A DNA stretch of 39,817 nt from Catajapyx aquilonaris (GCA_000934665.2 KZ538928.1:1-39817); one strand, 5' to 3'. Positions 12,301 through 25,185 are shown, counted from the stretch's first letter. The notes: generated from the letters alone by a model not told the origin. Numbers and translations are program-made.

Positions 12301-15300
12301 TTATGGAAATCGCAGTCTTTTTCCATACTATGGGGGTCCCTGACAGTTTGTTAGACTAAGAAGAATTCATATATTTTATAGCCGAGGAATATTTGGTTTT
12401 CAATGTTGAAAAAAGTCAAATCACCAAAAATGCGAAAAAACGCGATTTTACCCAAGATTAGGCTTTTGCACACGCGTACTAGGGTTGCATAGGAAAGTTC
12501 TACTATTACTCCTTGATTGTAGGGTCTCTAAAGAGCCCATTACGCTACACTTTTTTTAAAAAAAGTCCATACACTGTTCCCAAAAAATTGACGAAAAAGT
12601 ACCAAAAATCGGAATTTTTTCTATAAAAAGGACCCTGGAAAACCACAGTTTCTATAAAAGATTGACTTTAAACACCATAGTGGCTTCAGACCAGTCCCAG
12701 GTAACACCTAATGCCAGCAAAAACAAAATCCGAAACTTACAGTGGTTGCCAGACCTGGAAATAGGCCAAAAAACCTCAATATTTTGAATTTTTCGCATTT
12801 TTGGTCACCCTGACCCACTGCAGATTTTGGGAGAGAAATCCCGGGCGTTTCCCAGCTACTTTGGGTCCTACTAACATGATGTGCATAGTGGTTTCCGAAT
12901 AACACGCCGAAAGTTTTTTTTGTTGCGCTGTGTAATTGGCACCCAGATTATCGGGAGTACAGTGTATCCCTATAGGCAATTAATTTTCCAGGTTAATACA
13001 GTACACATACATTGGCAGGATTTGATATGTGTCCTTTATAAAAGTAAAGAGTCAGACTGTCTTTATGCCTTTTCACCCCCTTTCAATGCCCCCNCCCCCC
13101 CCCCAATCCAATCTCTGCCATTTGCCAGGAGAGCTTCAAAAAATAGAACTGAACATGGCTCATGAATATCAACAAACACCCCTCCCACCCCACCCTTTTG
13201 TGCCCATGAAACCTTCTTCCTATGCCTTTTTGTATATTTATTATTATGATCCAGTCCCTTCCTGAACAGATACACTACTTACCACATTCAGTTTTGCGCA
13301 GCACTGTTGCGCATTCAGGTAATCACACTCAAGATCAGAGAGAGTAATAACCTTAGTAACAGTTAAGGGTTTTTCAAATAAAAGTTTTAGTTATTAACCA
13401 GATTATGCATATCTCACAAGGGTGCACCTTACTGTACTATGTACACTGCACCTTTGCCAAATGTGATGCATTAGAACATGAACTAAAGCTGATTATATGA
13501 CACTTTACGTGATAATGCCATTAACCAATTCAAAATTTGCACTTGCACAGTACCCGACATAATTGCAGTCCCTAAATGTAAACAATGGCTTTGGCGTTAC
13601 CTGGCAACCGCGCCGTCAAGGGCGTGTTCAGATATAATCCCATGGAGGTTGCTTAGTGTTCTTTCTATTGTTGCCCTGTTTACAGAGCGCGAGTGATGCT
13701 GGGCAACCTAGCGACCTGCATGCTTATACTAATGCATGGTATCAGAATAAGGGGCCTGAGGAGATATTATTTTGAGAAAGCGCTTTATTTTTATCGCAGC
13801 AAGATGCGGCCTTCATCACTGGGATGGATGAAGACCCATTCCAGCCATCTGACAGGCTTTTAGAGACCCTGAATCTGGAGGTTTCGGAGCGGACAGTCCA
13901 GAGGCGACTCCACGAGGGTAGTAGCATCCACTGCATTCGCCTTGGAACACCTGCCTTGCCCAGATGACTTCTGGAATCGTGTCATCTGGATGGACGAGAA
14001 GGTGCTCCTTTTGTCGGCAGATGGGCGTTGCCATGTGTGGCGGCCGGACCACAAGAGTCTGGATCCGTGCTACTCTCTGCCTCATGAACTATCTGGTCGG
14101 ATCACCATCGACTTTTGGGGGTGGATGACCGCTGACGGAGTTGGTGAACTGGTTGAGGTTTCACCCCGAATGAACTCCACGGAGTATGTGGCCTTCCAGG
14201 AGGAGTGCATGCTACCGTCAGTTTGGACCTCTACCCCAAGGATGACATGCCCACAATCAACCTCGTTCAGGACAACAGTTCCACAGCTCTCAAGAGATGA
14301 CCGCCTGGCTGGACAAACACCCCGAAATCCACTGCATCCCCTGGCTTGCCAAGTCACCGGACCTCTACTGTATTGAAAACATCTGGGGCCTGATGGTGCG
14401 GCATTGGAGGGTGGGACATGAGAGGACAAGGGAGGCTTTGCAGAAACACGTCCACCAGGTTTGGGAGTCTCTCAGGGGGCGCCCAGAAGTCTGCCAAAAC
14501 ATCGTGGCAAGTGCGCCGCGGCTACTGGACGCGGTGATCAGCGGCGGGGGTCATCTGACCCGCTACTGAAGGTGACCTCTCTTCCCGCTATTTATTTGGG
14601 TTGGACCCACCAGGGGCATGAACAGAGTCGCCTCCACCTGGTTTGCCCTGAAACTTGCTATGAAACGGCTAAACAACTCTGACAAGTAATTCAGAATGAA
14701 AATGTGTCCCTTACACAACCAACCCACCCTCTTTCACACCCTCTCACCCACCCACTATTCCCCTTTCACCGGTTACACTGGCCTTGATTGGGAGTGGATG
14801 ACATTCAGTGTGGACCTTACAATAAATTGGCAGGTAAGAGCATTCCCGATCATTCAGTAACTCCATCCCGACTCATGATGGAAAGTGATGATAGTCTTGC
14901 GGTAAAATTAAAGCGCTTTCTCAAAATAAAATCCCCCCAGTCCGCTTATTCCGATCCATGCATTAGTATAAGCATGCAGACATGTCGCTTGGTCGCCCAG
15001 CATCACTCACTCTCTGTAAACAGTTTGGCAACAATAGAAAAAACATTAAGCGACCTCCATGTAATGATGTCTGAACCAAAGAGTTCTGCTATATTATATA
15101 TACACCTAGAGGAGGTACTCGGCCTGAAATGTGAGGCAGGCAACAATGCAGGCAACAATATGACCTCCAACAAGATGGCGGACGCCTGACATTATTGAAC
15201 TAATTGTCGCCCAGTTGTCATTATTGGTTGTTGTCCCAGTTGCTACACAACTGTTAGAACAACAATATGACCTCCAACAAGATGGCGGCTGCCTCAGCCT

Positions 15301-16656
15301 GTCTAATGGAAAAGGATAGGGAGTACCTCCTCTAGGTATTATATTATATAATAGCAGAACTCTTTGGTCTGAACACGCACTCGACAGCGTGGTTGCCAGG
15401 TAACGCCAACGCCGTTGTTTACATTTAGGGACTGCAATTGTCAGGTACTCTACTCATCTTTATTGTGAAACGTACAATTGCTTTAACCTGGTCAAAAAAG
15501 CGAATCTTGGAAAAACTTACATTTCACGAATAAATACGGTACTCTTATCATGTCAGAGAATGAGTAGGCATTTTCTCTGGCGATATCTGGCAAGAGGAAG
15601 TGCTAGGCCCTACTTCAGACAAGTTTCTTGAGATGGAAACTTTTCATTGTTGAAATAATACATTCGATCATTCATTTACGAGGGGTGTTCATCAGGTTCG
15701 TAACTTTGGGTTGAAGGAAAAGAGAGAAGCGGTTCAAATTGCACACATGTATTAGTCCTTCTCTCTAAAGAGTCTAAGCAAACCCTGCAAAGCCTCACAT
15801 TTTTCCCTGCAATGCATGATGATCCACAACCTGTCAAGACACCATATTTGTAGAAGTTGACTGAAGTCGACACTAGTGCTTGAAAAAGGTTTTCAATATC
15901 TGTTGTCATGGTGATGGGGCTTGTGTTTCTCCTGCGATCTCAAAGAGCTATGGTGGTGGTAACTTCGTATTGGCAGGATCTCCCAAGCCGGACAGGTGTT
16001 TTGGGTCATGAGAGAAACACAAGCCCCACCACCATGGGCAACAGAGGTTGAAAACTTTTTTTCAAGCATAAATTGTCGACTTGTACAATAATGGTGTCAG
16101 ACAGGTCGTGCATGGGTGGGAAAATTGTGTAGCTCTGCAGGGTTCAAATAGAGAGAAGGACTAATACATGTGTGCAATTTGAACAGTTACTCTCTTTTCC
16201 TTCAACCCAAAGGTACGAACTTCATGAACTCCCTTCGTATATCACAGCTTAGCCCCAATTGAAGGGGTATAGCCAGGGATAACGTGGAACCACAAGAATG
16301 ACTCCCTACATTACTCATCACAGGACCACATACATGAATTAGATAGTACAGAATCCAAAATTAGGAATCTGTCCAATATTAGGGTACCTTCTTGACATTT
16401 TCTGTATCCATGATGAGTGACTTGTCTTTCCTAGATTGCACCTTGTGGCTAGAATAGTTGCAGCCTTCATCCCTAACCCTTTGACCCCTACAATTCGAAA
16501 TGAATCCCAATTGCGCCCCCAAATTTACAATAATATCAGCAAGGGGCCACTGCTTCCACAAACAATGATTGAAAAGGATACAAAGTATACGAGCAGGAAG
16601 AGGAGTGCACCAGTGAGTAGAAGGGCGAAGATGAAGAGCAAGGTGTCTGACAGCAT
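9392..16656 (-). CDS. CNIH4: Protein cornichon homolog 4 (ER cargo receptor), 5 exons, 154 aa: complement(join(9392..9458,9530..9670,9737..9849,13283..13351,16582..16656))
   Basis: Manually spliced with consistent phases (465 nt): [55 protein letters not shown]...[33 protein letters not shown]...[33 protein letters not shown] and [12 protein letters not shown] are CNIH4 hallmarks. Confidence 0.96.
10800..11341. mobile_element. hAT-like MITE
   Basis: Ends caggggtattcaact / agttgaatagccct; 8-bp TSD cactacat / cactgcat (1 mismatch). Confidence 0.75.
11616..12932. mobile_element. 1.3-kb foldback element with CAC...GTG termini and TAA TSD (Chapaev3/CMC-like)
   Basis: Arms 11616-12261 and 12287-12932 are near-perfect reverse complements; TAA at 11613-11615 and 12933-12935. 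Confidence 0.85.
13800..14569 (+). pseudogene. Tc1-like DDE transposase, frameshifted
   Basis: Motifs [13 protein letters not shown] and [12 protein letters not shown] are split across reading frames; 5' limit approximate. Confidence 0.85.
15077..15366. mobile_element. MITE with 8-bp TSD (P-element-like CAAAGAG termini) nested in the Tc1 element
   Basis: TIR caaagagttctgctat / atagcagaactctttg; TSD gtctgaac at 15069-15076 and 15367-15374. Confidence 0.8.
15679..16237. mobile_element. Mariner-like foldback MITE with RTE-like fragment at its centre
   Basis: TA-cgaggggtgttcat ... atgaactcccttcg-TA with long imperfect arms; centre matches 6818-6905. Confidence 0.75.
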
Positions 16657-17099
16657 TTTGGATTGTCCGTCTGTCTGTTGCAGTTCCTCAGAAGCCAGCA
16701 GCTACTTTCTATTTCTCCAACATCAACACTTCCTAAGCAGCTTTATCACTTCACAGCCGAGGATCGGGTAGAGAAAGAAACACAATTAACGCTCAAGTCG
16801 GTCAAATTATCCAATTTACTCACGTGTAGGACGTCCTCTAATCCACCTACCTGTCCTACCTTGATATCCGCTCTCCCACCGAGCCTGCCTCATGCCCCAG
16901 ACTTTTAACCGGCCGAGTGAGTACTCTCTCGATTGAAAATCATAAAATGGACCACCAAAGACAGTGCCAAAGACCAAGCCCGGTCGCAGCTGCAAAATTC
17001 GGACCACTGTCGATATTATCGTCATACTATCGAATGGTGCTATCGTTCAAATGAACGCGGGAAATAGCGGAACCATTTATCTCGAACATGATACAGGTT

Positions 17100-18013
17100 T
17101 CTGTTTTTTTATTAGAAAAACCACAGTGCACCCCCAGAATATTTATTTGCACATCTGAAAGCGACAACTATCTACTTTTCTTCAAAATAGTGTCCAGCCA
17201 AATAGGGGCATTTTTCATTGAGTTACACAATATCTTGTATGCTTATGTCATAGAAGTCTGCCGCCAGCCATTTCCGCGATCCCTGAACGCTGGATTGCAA
17301 CTCATCATCATCGTCAACCTTCTGCTTTGCAAGCCATTTCTCCCTGCCCATGGCCAGGTGGAATCGCTAGACTCTAAATCCCAGGTGATAAAAAAAATTC
17401 TCACTTGAATTGTTGCGGCAGGGTTCCAGTAATCAAGGCAGTACGCAGGGNGGGGGGGGGGGGGGCATTGCCGGGCAAGAAAACACCCCGAAACTCCACA
17501 TGCTGCAGCGTTTGTTCAACCCAAAGGTTTATTATGCGACATTACAGAAGTTTAATACGGATGGCAATTCACAAGAAATGTACAGTTATATTGAGTTTAG
17601 GGGTGTTTTCTTGCGCGACAATGACCCCCTGCGTACTGCCTTGCTTACTGGAACACTGCTGCAACAATTAAAGTGAGAATTTTTTTAATCACCAGGGATT
17701 TTATTTAGAGCCTAGTGATTACCACCTGTCCATGGGCAGGGAGAAATGGCTTGCAAAGCAGAAGGTTGACGATGACGAGAAGTTGCAATCCAGAGTTCAG
17801 GGATCGCGGAAATGGCTGGCGACAGACCTCTATGACATCGGCATACAAAATATTGTGTAACTGTAACTCAATGAAAGATGCCCCTATTTGGCTGGACGCT
17901 ATTTTGAAAAAAAAGTTGACAGTTGTCGATTTCCGATGTGTAAATAAAAATTCTGGGAGTTCATTGTGCTTTTTCTAATAAAAAAACGGAACTTACTTTC
18001 TGGACGCGCCTCA
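17100..18013. mobile_element. Mariner-like foldback element, left tip missing
   Basis: ~17100-17407 is the reverse complement of ~17670-17990; right end ctggacgcgcctca-TA. Confidence 0.7.
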
Positions 18014-18899
18014 TACATTAACCTACCCAACTTAATCTATTCTATCCTAATTGACCTATAGGCCCATATTTATATTTTACGTTTTGTTTGAACCTGCATC
18101 AGCAGCCTTGGGAATCACAATGACATCGTCTGTGATGTTTCCCAATGGAGATGGCTCAATCAAAGGCTGATGACATGCTGATGAGTTGCTAGGTAGAAAC
18201 TCCTGCACCAAAGCTGCAGAATATAAGGAAAGAGTTCTGCCTGGATTTTCGAAGTTATCAGTACCAATATTTAACCAATGTCAATGGTAGCAAAAGGAAA
18301 TAATTGACTTACACCTGGTGGTACAGCAATCAGTGATGAATATAACTTGCCACAAAGGGTTAGGATTCATTCAGGAATCCATGATGGCTCCTTGCTCCTT
18401 TATTATCAATATCCCCAAGAGGAATACTTTCTTCCTTATTTTCCTACTTTGGGTGGTTGTACCGGTTGTGGCCACCTTAAGAGAAATATATTCTGACTTT
18501 GAAAATTCATAACTTTGAATTGATGGTTCGTGCAGGTAAAATAATGCATTGATGATGTAGGGAATTTAACTGCGTGGGAATGAATTAATACACATTATAA
18601 AAATATCTAAAAATTTTAATGTCCAAAAAAAGGCTTCCGTTTACAAAAGGCCAAGATGTACTATATCGCTCAAAAAGATAGAGACGATTGGCATTTGATT
18701 CAAGTGCAAGTTGCACTTGAGTCAAATGCAAAATCGTCTGACCACCCCTGCTCCATTTCTGGCCATGCCATTGCCCCGGTTCTGGCCACCTGCACATTTT
18801 TTTTTCTTCAAAACCGCGCTCTTTGATTACAAAATTAAGACAATGAAAGTTGTTATTATCACCTGTTATGACATTTGTCACGTGAGTTTTATAGACTAG

Positions 18900-19341
18900 G
18901 TTGTTTCGGCCCCCACTTTCGGTCACTAATTTGTGACTTCTTTGCTGGTTCTTTCCTAATTATGGTCTTCATCTTGGCCTGCAGGGAGACATTTTTCTGG
19001 ATTCTTTTTTGTTTCCTTTCCTTTGCCTACCTTTTTGCCTTTCCCATTTCCCACCCCAGCATCAAGTTTCTTCCCTGCTTGTGCTTTCTTGACTCTTTAT
19101 TTTTCTTTTGCATCTAATATTGTATCCATTTGTCTGAGTTAATGACACTCGGTTCATCTTCGCGCTTTTGTTTCAATGAAGAACTTTTCTGTACTGGCCA
19201 TTTAATGACATCGTGGAAAACGTCTGAGTTGTTCATGTTGGAATGACTCATTCCTTGACATGCTCTGACTACTGCAAGGTGTTGACATATTGACTGTGTT
19301 GCTACTTCCCGGTGATTTTTCAGTGCTGGAGATGCTTGCAA
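18900..19341 (-). pseudogene. Possible pogo/Tigger-type transposase C-terminal relic
   Basis: IKWP...KQKREDEPSVINSDKWIQY followed by an interrupted Lys-rich stretch, a layout typical of insect pogo-like transposase tails. Confidence 0.35.
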
Positions 19342-19584
19342 TAATTATTTACGCCTGCTGCAATAACAACCTATACCAAACGACCAGTGTAGAAATAGTG
19401 CCCAATCAATTGCTCCTTAATCACCTTGAGAATTTATGACATGATAAATTGGAATGCCCCTTTGAAATGGTAATCCCAGCTAATCCAACACAACCTGGAA
19501 TGTAGTACTTCATCATTAACACTTTCAAATCTTGGTTAAAAAAACATCAGATTATTGTTGCTTGTAATCGGTTTTCTCGTAATA

Positions 19585-19741
19585 CGGTTGAATCTGGATA
19601 TAAAAGCCTCGGTTATAACAGACTCACAGGGGCGTCCCAGGAAATTTTTTTTGTGGTTTGTGTATTCGGCTATAACAGACATTGGTTATAACAGACCGAT
19701 TTTTGCGGTCCCTTGCAGTCTGTTATATCCGGATCCAACTG
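19585..19741. mobile_element. Small Tigger-like MITE
   Basis: TA-cggttgaatctggatataa / ttatatccggatccaactg-TA; internal tataacagac repeats. Confidence 0.65.
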
Positions 19742-19882
19742 TAATTTATCTTGGCTCCAAGTTCTCCATATTTTTTGGTCAAAATGTGACTTTCGTCATT
19801 TGTGGCCACAAGTGGGGCATAGAGTCTGACAGATCATTTATCAACAGAGGGTCTCACTCTCACCTACAGTGTAACCTATCTA

Positions 19883-20303
19883 CACGGTGATTCCGTTAAC
19901 TTTGGCAAAAATAACAGGGCGGGTAGAGGCCCCATAGGCAAGTATTTTGAGCTTCGGTACCCATGTCCGGATATGCCCCCGTACTGGGGTACGGCCGTTT
20001 CCACCTTTGGTCTGTTGCCTGGTGGGTAGGCAACCCACCGTACTCGAAACTTGCGTTCATCAGGTGTGTCACGTGTGGAGGAGACGAAGGCGAAAACAAT
20101 TGCGAGTGTCAAGTGCAAAACCTGATGAACACAACCTTCGAGCACGATGGGTTGCCTACCCACCAGGCGCAACATACTAAAGGTGGAAACGGCCGTAACC
20201 CCGTATGGGGGTATTTCCGGACATGATTACCGAAGCTCAAAATACTTCCCTATGGGGAACTACCCACCCTGTGATTTTTTCCAAAGTTACCGGAATCACC
20301 CTG
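19883..20303. mobile_element. Tc1/mariner-like foldback MITE
   Basis: TA-cacggtgattccgttaactttgg / ccaaagttaccggaatcaccctg-TA; inverted over most of its length. Confidence 0.8.
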
Positions 20304-20910
20304 TATAGCCAAGTTGCTCCATTCTACACAGGCACACAAAAACTCATTAATGGACAAGTTTTTTCTGATTTGATCGCAACCATTTTATTTGCACTACTAG
20401 CAGGTTACCCGGCGTTGCCTGGGTATGTTGGGGTGCTGGTAAAGATAGGGGTACATATCTGTGATAGATTACCTGCTTGTCTTATAGCGTACAGTCGACA
20501 CAGATATTCTGATTGGATGTGTAAAAAGAGGAATGGGGATGGAGTTGGCCCAGGAAAAGACTGCACAGCCATGTGTTTTTCCCCCTGCATTTTTGACCCC
20601 TTGACCCCCCCCCCCCAACCCCACTTCACACCCCCACCTCGTTCCATATGTTTGCTCTGAATAACTTTAGAAATGTACATACAGATGCATGGTGGGAAAT
20701 TTTGTTTTCAACACGGAGTAATATTTTGCAAATACTGTATAATTTAATTGTATTTACTTTGTCTGGAAGTCTACTTTCAAATCCCACAAAATCCCGGAAT
20801 TACCATAAGATACGAAGTCACGTGAGGTGGCCAATTAGCGTAATTGGTGGATGCTCTGAATTTACGGAGATGGTTTAATTTGCTAGGTATTGTGGCATAA
20901 GGGCATTTCC

Positions 20911-21211
20911 TAGGGGAGACAAAGTGGCGCTGCGGAAACGTCGGGTTCGATCCCAGCCTGGGGTTCCCTCCTTCATCCCGTGCCGAGTTGGGTCGTCTCT
21001 GGCTTCGTTTCGGGTGGAATCTCCTCAGACTAATCCACCCGGGGGAGTTCACAAAATATACCGCTTGAGAATTGCACTTGCACCTTGCACATCCCCTCCC
21101 AGTCAGCCTGCCCGTGGGCCCGGGCGCTACGTCAAAAAGGTTCCATCAAGACAAAATAAAGGTTCCCTCCCTGCGGTACGATGCAGGGAGGTAAATAGCT
21201 AAAAAAAGAGA
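20911..21211 (+). mobile_element. tRNA-derived SINE, family A copy 3 (deletion between A and B boxes)
   Basis: 9-bp TSD ggcatttcc at 20902-20910 and 21212-21220; 3' hairpin cctccctgc...gcagggagg and A tail. Confidence 0.8.
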
Positions 21212-21349
21212 GGCATTTCCATGGGAATGCAAATTGATTTATTGTTATTGATGTAAGCTAATTGTTGAGGCAGGAATATGCGTGTTGTGGTAGTTAGGTA
21301 CATTTTCGGAAGCTGAAACATGCGGCGTTAGGTTCCTGGGAAAAAGTAA

Positions 21350-21472
21350 CCCCCGATATGCTAATTTAAGGCGGTGTAGGGGCCTTCCCCTGGATTTCTA
21401 TAAGGGACAAACATCCAAACTCACAAACTCACAAACTAACAATCAAGCTTCCTTATTTATAGAGATAGAGAT
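21350..21472 (-). mobile_element. Helitron-like 5' fragment
   Basis: Minus strand begins atctctatctctataaata...gtttgtgagtttgtgagtttggatgtttgt, resembling 5' ends of insect non-autonomous Helitrons. Confidence 0.4.
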
Positions 21473-21976
21473 ATTTATTACTAAAAAAGTGGAACTTGTA
21501 CATACAATTCTGTTTAATATTGGGAAATTTTCATCTCAAAGAACACATCATTTATTTTCAAAACTATCTTCATACAATTTAGAGCGTTGCCATTGTACCA
21601 AAATTATAATGATTTTAAATAATTTTCATGAAGCACTTGTGGAAGTCTAACGGGAGTGGACTTTACCAGGTAGGGTGCAAGATGAAAAAAATTCAAACTC
21701 CATGACTTTGATACATTTGACACAAGTTACATGAGAATAGGGTGAATGTGGTGATCAATTGATGAGACCTAACATATCGATAGGTACTATATAGCATACA
21801 TTGCATACACCAAAAATTGTCACTGCATCACCAAATGTCATTCAAAAGCCACATATGTAGTCATGCTTATAGAAAGCCTATGTTCAAACACTAATTACAT
21901 TTGACCTTTAATTTGTACCTGCATCATTTACAAGATTAGAAAGAATCACACTTCAAAAATCCACATGGAAGAAACA

Positions 21977-24058
21977 TTAGTGAGACCTTTTGTGTCGCTT
22001 TCTAGCTTTGTCAAATAACTGGAATAAGAAATAATTAAGTTATTGCATATCACACAATTCAAAATCCAGCAGCACACTTACTTTCTTATGATCCATAGAT
22101 GCCAATGTTTTAGGTAGATTATTATATCTGTCTTTTGCATTTGGATCAGCCCCATGATGCAAAAGAAATTCAATGAGATTTTGGTACTCAACATCCTCAA
22201 GAGTATGTATCTGAGCTGCCACATGTAAAGCAGTGCACCCCACAGAGTCCCTGCATGACAGGAGAGCCTTGGAATCTCCGCTGAGCTCCACCATTCTCTT
22301 TATGAGTGGTATATTCTGAGATTCGATGGCAAAAAAGAGAGGAATTCTCTCACCTTTGCTTTCCTGCAAGACAAATAATTATCAATAATGCCTCTAATAC
22401 TAAGAAAACACTTCATTCATAATCTGACTACTTCTCAAAAGAGGACAATATCTTTCTTATACTGACTATCTATATCAGAGTAGAGTGCAGACCATTTGCT
22501 ATTATGCTAGGTAGTAAAGAGGCTTGTTCTCCACAGGTGCAATCACAAGGTCAAGCTTTGACCAGGAAGATGCCTGGTCCAAAGTTGCAAGCCCATTACA
22601 CAGTACAGTGCTGGACATGAATTCCGTCATACTGCTAGTGACATTTTCTGATGTGGCAGGTGTGCAAATTGAAGTGATAGAGTGCGAGCAAGAAATGGTA
22701 GCCCTTGGGTGACGTCACTGGCTGGGGACAGCGGTGGATTTCCCATTAGGCACAGTAGGCACTGGCCTAGGGGCGGCCGCGAGTCGCAATAAATCATATT
22801 TCTCAAATACAATAATAGGAAATTTAGGCGAGATCACAAAGAAAATCGAATTTTTGAGAGCTTGATTGACCACTACAGGCAGAAAAGGTCATTGCTGAAG
22901 GGCGGCCATAACTTTCAATATATTTTTTGGAAATAAAATAACATTAACCCTCAGACGGTGACGTGCGAAATGTTCCCTCTCCGGTGACGTGGGCACTTTT
23001 TGTGACCAAGCCATATTTTTTGTTATATCTGGCGAAATATAGCACATTCGGGCTTCACTTTTGAGACAATCATAGTGTGATTCCTTCTACGACAAATAGC
23101 GTTTAGTTTAAATTTTTTGAGAAAATAGTGCGATCAGAAAAATATCGGAAAGAAAATCAGTCGGGGCCAACTCCCGGGGGTAGGGGGATTCCACCCCTTG
23201 GCGGCCTGGGATGCCACCGGGAGCCGCCAGACCGGATCTTGGTTAGGCCCCATCTACGCATTGCCGCCTAATTTATTTTTTCCTGGTCGTGCTATTTGCT
23301 CAAAAAATTTAAACTAAACTTCATTCATCACAGAAATAGTCAAACGAAAATGTTCTCAAAGATGAATCTCGAATGTCCTAAATTTGCCAAGTTATAGCAA
23401 AAAAAGGGTCGCTGGTCACAAAAAGTGCCCACGTCACCGTCCGAGGGTTAAGGGGGCACTACAGGCAAAATCAAGGGTTTTGTGAAAAATCGCAAAAAAA
23501 AACAAAAACAATAGAGACAGGAAGTTGGGACTTCATTTTCATGTTCTTCTTGGGTTGAAGAGCCCATGGCTACTTGGCTATTTGCCCAATACACATAGGC
23601 AAGATTTGGATCATGAACCACTTTTGGTGTGTATATCAGCTGTGACATGCATTTGACAGACTACAGGCCCAGCAGATTTTTACTCCAGTAACAATGAGAT
23701 ACAGGTTTTCATTCTTTCTAAAGGTGCATGACGAGTAACAAATACACACTATGACAGTGTTTGTAGAGTTGTGTCATGCCCTGTGCACTTGTACTGTACC
23801 ACCATAGTCTGGAGGGTCATAAACAGTTAGCAACTGTACCCATTTCACTATCAGAGAGTGCAAGCTCTGGACCCTGACGACTACCTTCAGCACATTAATA
23901 ATAACAATAACAATAATCAGTCAGCGATCTAAAAGTGGGCAGAAGTGGGCAGGGGGAGGGGGGATGGGTTGTTTATAGGTTTATTTTTACAAGTTTTAAT
24001 TTAGTTCATATTTTGGGTTAGTTGGTGGCTCCCGTCATCGCTGACTACCCCTCATCGC

Positions 24059-24116
<58 letters not shown>

Positions 24117-24914
24117 TAATAATAATGGATACCCCGTGATAAGCCTTCTTGGGCTCTTTAGAGGATCATCTTTTAATTGACTGACTTTAATCATTGCCTT
24201 TGCTGTGATGGATTTTGATAGTGGGAGGAAACGGGAGAACCCCGAGAAAACCCACGCGAACACGGAGAGAACCCATCGAAACTCTATCCACATCAGTATC
24301 CTCCGTCCGATCCGGGGATAGAACTTGGGACCTTACAGGTGGAAGGCTGCGGTGCTAACCACTCCACCACCATGTCACCCCTACCTTCAGCACATTGAAC
24401 ATGCTCAGTGCCCCGGTGACAACTTATTATTTACCATGGTTTAGAGCAGTGGTGAAGCCTTTTCTGGGGGGTCGCGCGTGGCCGCGGTAATTTTTATAAA
24501 TTAAAAAATTACTAAAATTTATTTAAAAATCTAAACGTTTTTATAGGAAATTTCATTGCAAAGTTTTTTTTTGTTTTTTTGTTTTTGTTTTTCAATACCT
24601 AGTAACACTAGGGGAGGGGGGGTTGCAGGTTACTTGACTATCATAAAAGGGGTCGCGACACAAAAAAGGTTGGGAACCACTGGTTTAGAGGGTTCAATAT
24701 TTTAGGTTTCATCACATCACCCCAAGAGAACACAGTTTTAGATGCTCTCCATGTGTGACCAAATTAAACCACCCAGGATATACTGTGCTACACAAATATA
24801 ACCCAATTACCTTAAGGTGTGGCTTGCTGCCATGTTTCAAAAGTACCTCCAACAGTTGCACATTTTTATTTACATTTTCTTTGGAACAAGCTAAGATGTG
24901 CAAAGGTGATAGTC
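21977..24914 (-). CDS. 3' part of an ankyrin-repeat protein, nuclear IkB-like (IkBzeta/IkBNS type): complement(join(21977..22018,22082..22363,24811..24914)), 5' partial
   Basis: GT-AG exons in compatible phase: (G)LSPLHILA...LLKHGSKPHLK|ESKGERIPLFFAIE...GCTALHVAA...LLHHGADPNAKDRYNNLP...HKK|LFDKARKRHKRSH*; ankyrin call is strong, subfamily call is by eye. Confidence 0.75.
22948..23447. mobile_element. piggyBac-like MITE
   Basis: TTAA-ccctcagacggtgacgtg ... cacgtcaccgtccgaggg-TTAA. Confidence 0.85.
23897..24380 (-). mobile_element. tRNA-derived SINE, family B copy 2, with extra 3' segment and two (AAT)n tails
   Basis: 16-bp TSD ctaccttcagcacatt at 23881-23896 and 24381-24396; A-box tggagtggttagc. 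Confidence 0.85.
24447..24682. mobile_element. hAT-like MITE
   Basis: cagtggt...accactg termini; 8-bp TSD gtttagag at 24439-24446 and 24683-24690. Confidence 0.85.
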
Positions 24915-25185
24915 CTAAGGAGAAAAAAGGATTATTGTAATATTGGTGTCACATTTAAAAGGCATATGTACAGCACTGTACTCTCAAGGAGAGAATACTC
25001 CTGATGTCAGAATGAAATATTTCCAATGGTTCAAAATTTGGTCACAGGGCACAAAACACCCAATGTATTTTGCAACCCATAAAAAAAACACTGATTACGA
25101 ACTGAATACGAATTAAACGATTATGCTACATTAGGTAAGTAGAAAGATTTTGTTTCATCAATTAAATAGGTAAAGACAAATGCTA

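Larger units (their letters stand above)
13548..15450 (+). mobile_element. Degenerate Tc1-type transposon
   Basis: ~85-bp TIRs (cagtacccgacataattgcagtccctaaatg / catttagggactgcaattgtcaggtactc) enclosing a frameshifted transposase. Confidence 0.8.
13352..16581 (-). other. U12-type (minor) GT-AG intron 1 of CNIH4
   Basis: 5' splice site GTATCCTTTT; branch site CCCTTAAC about 10 nt before the AG; no polypyrimidine tract. Confidence 0.88.

Noticed and set aside
11643..12905. Two nearly identical 65-aa ORFs suggesting duplicated genes
   Set aside because: They are the mirrored arms of a non-coding foldback element
24045..24293. ORF with poly-Ile, membrane-protein-like
   Set aside because: Translation of a SINE and its (AAT)n tail
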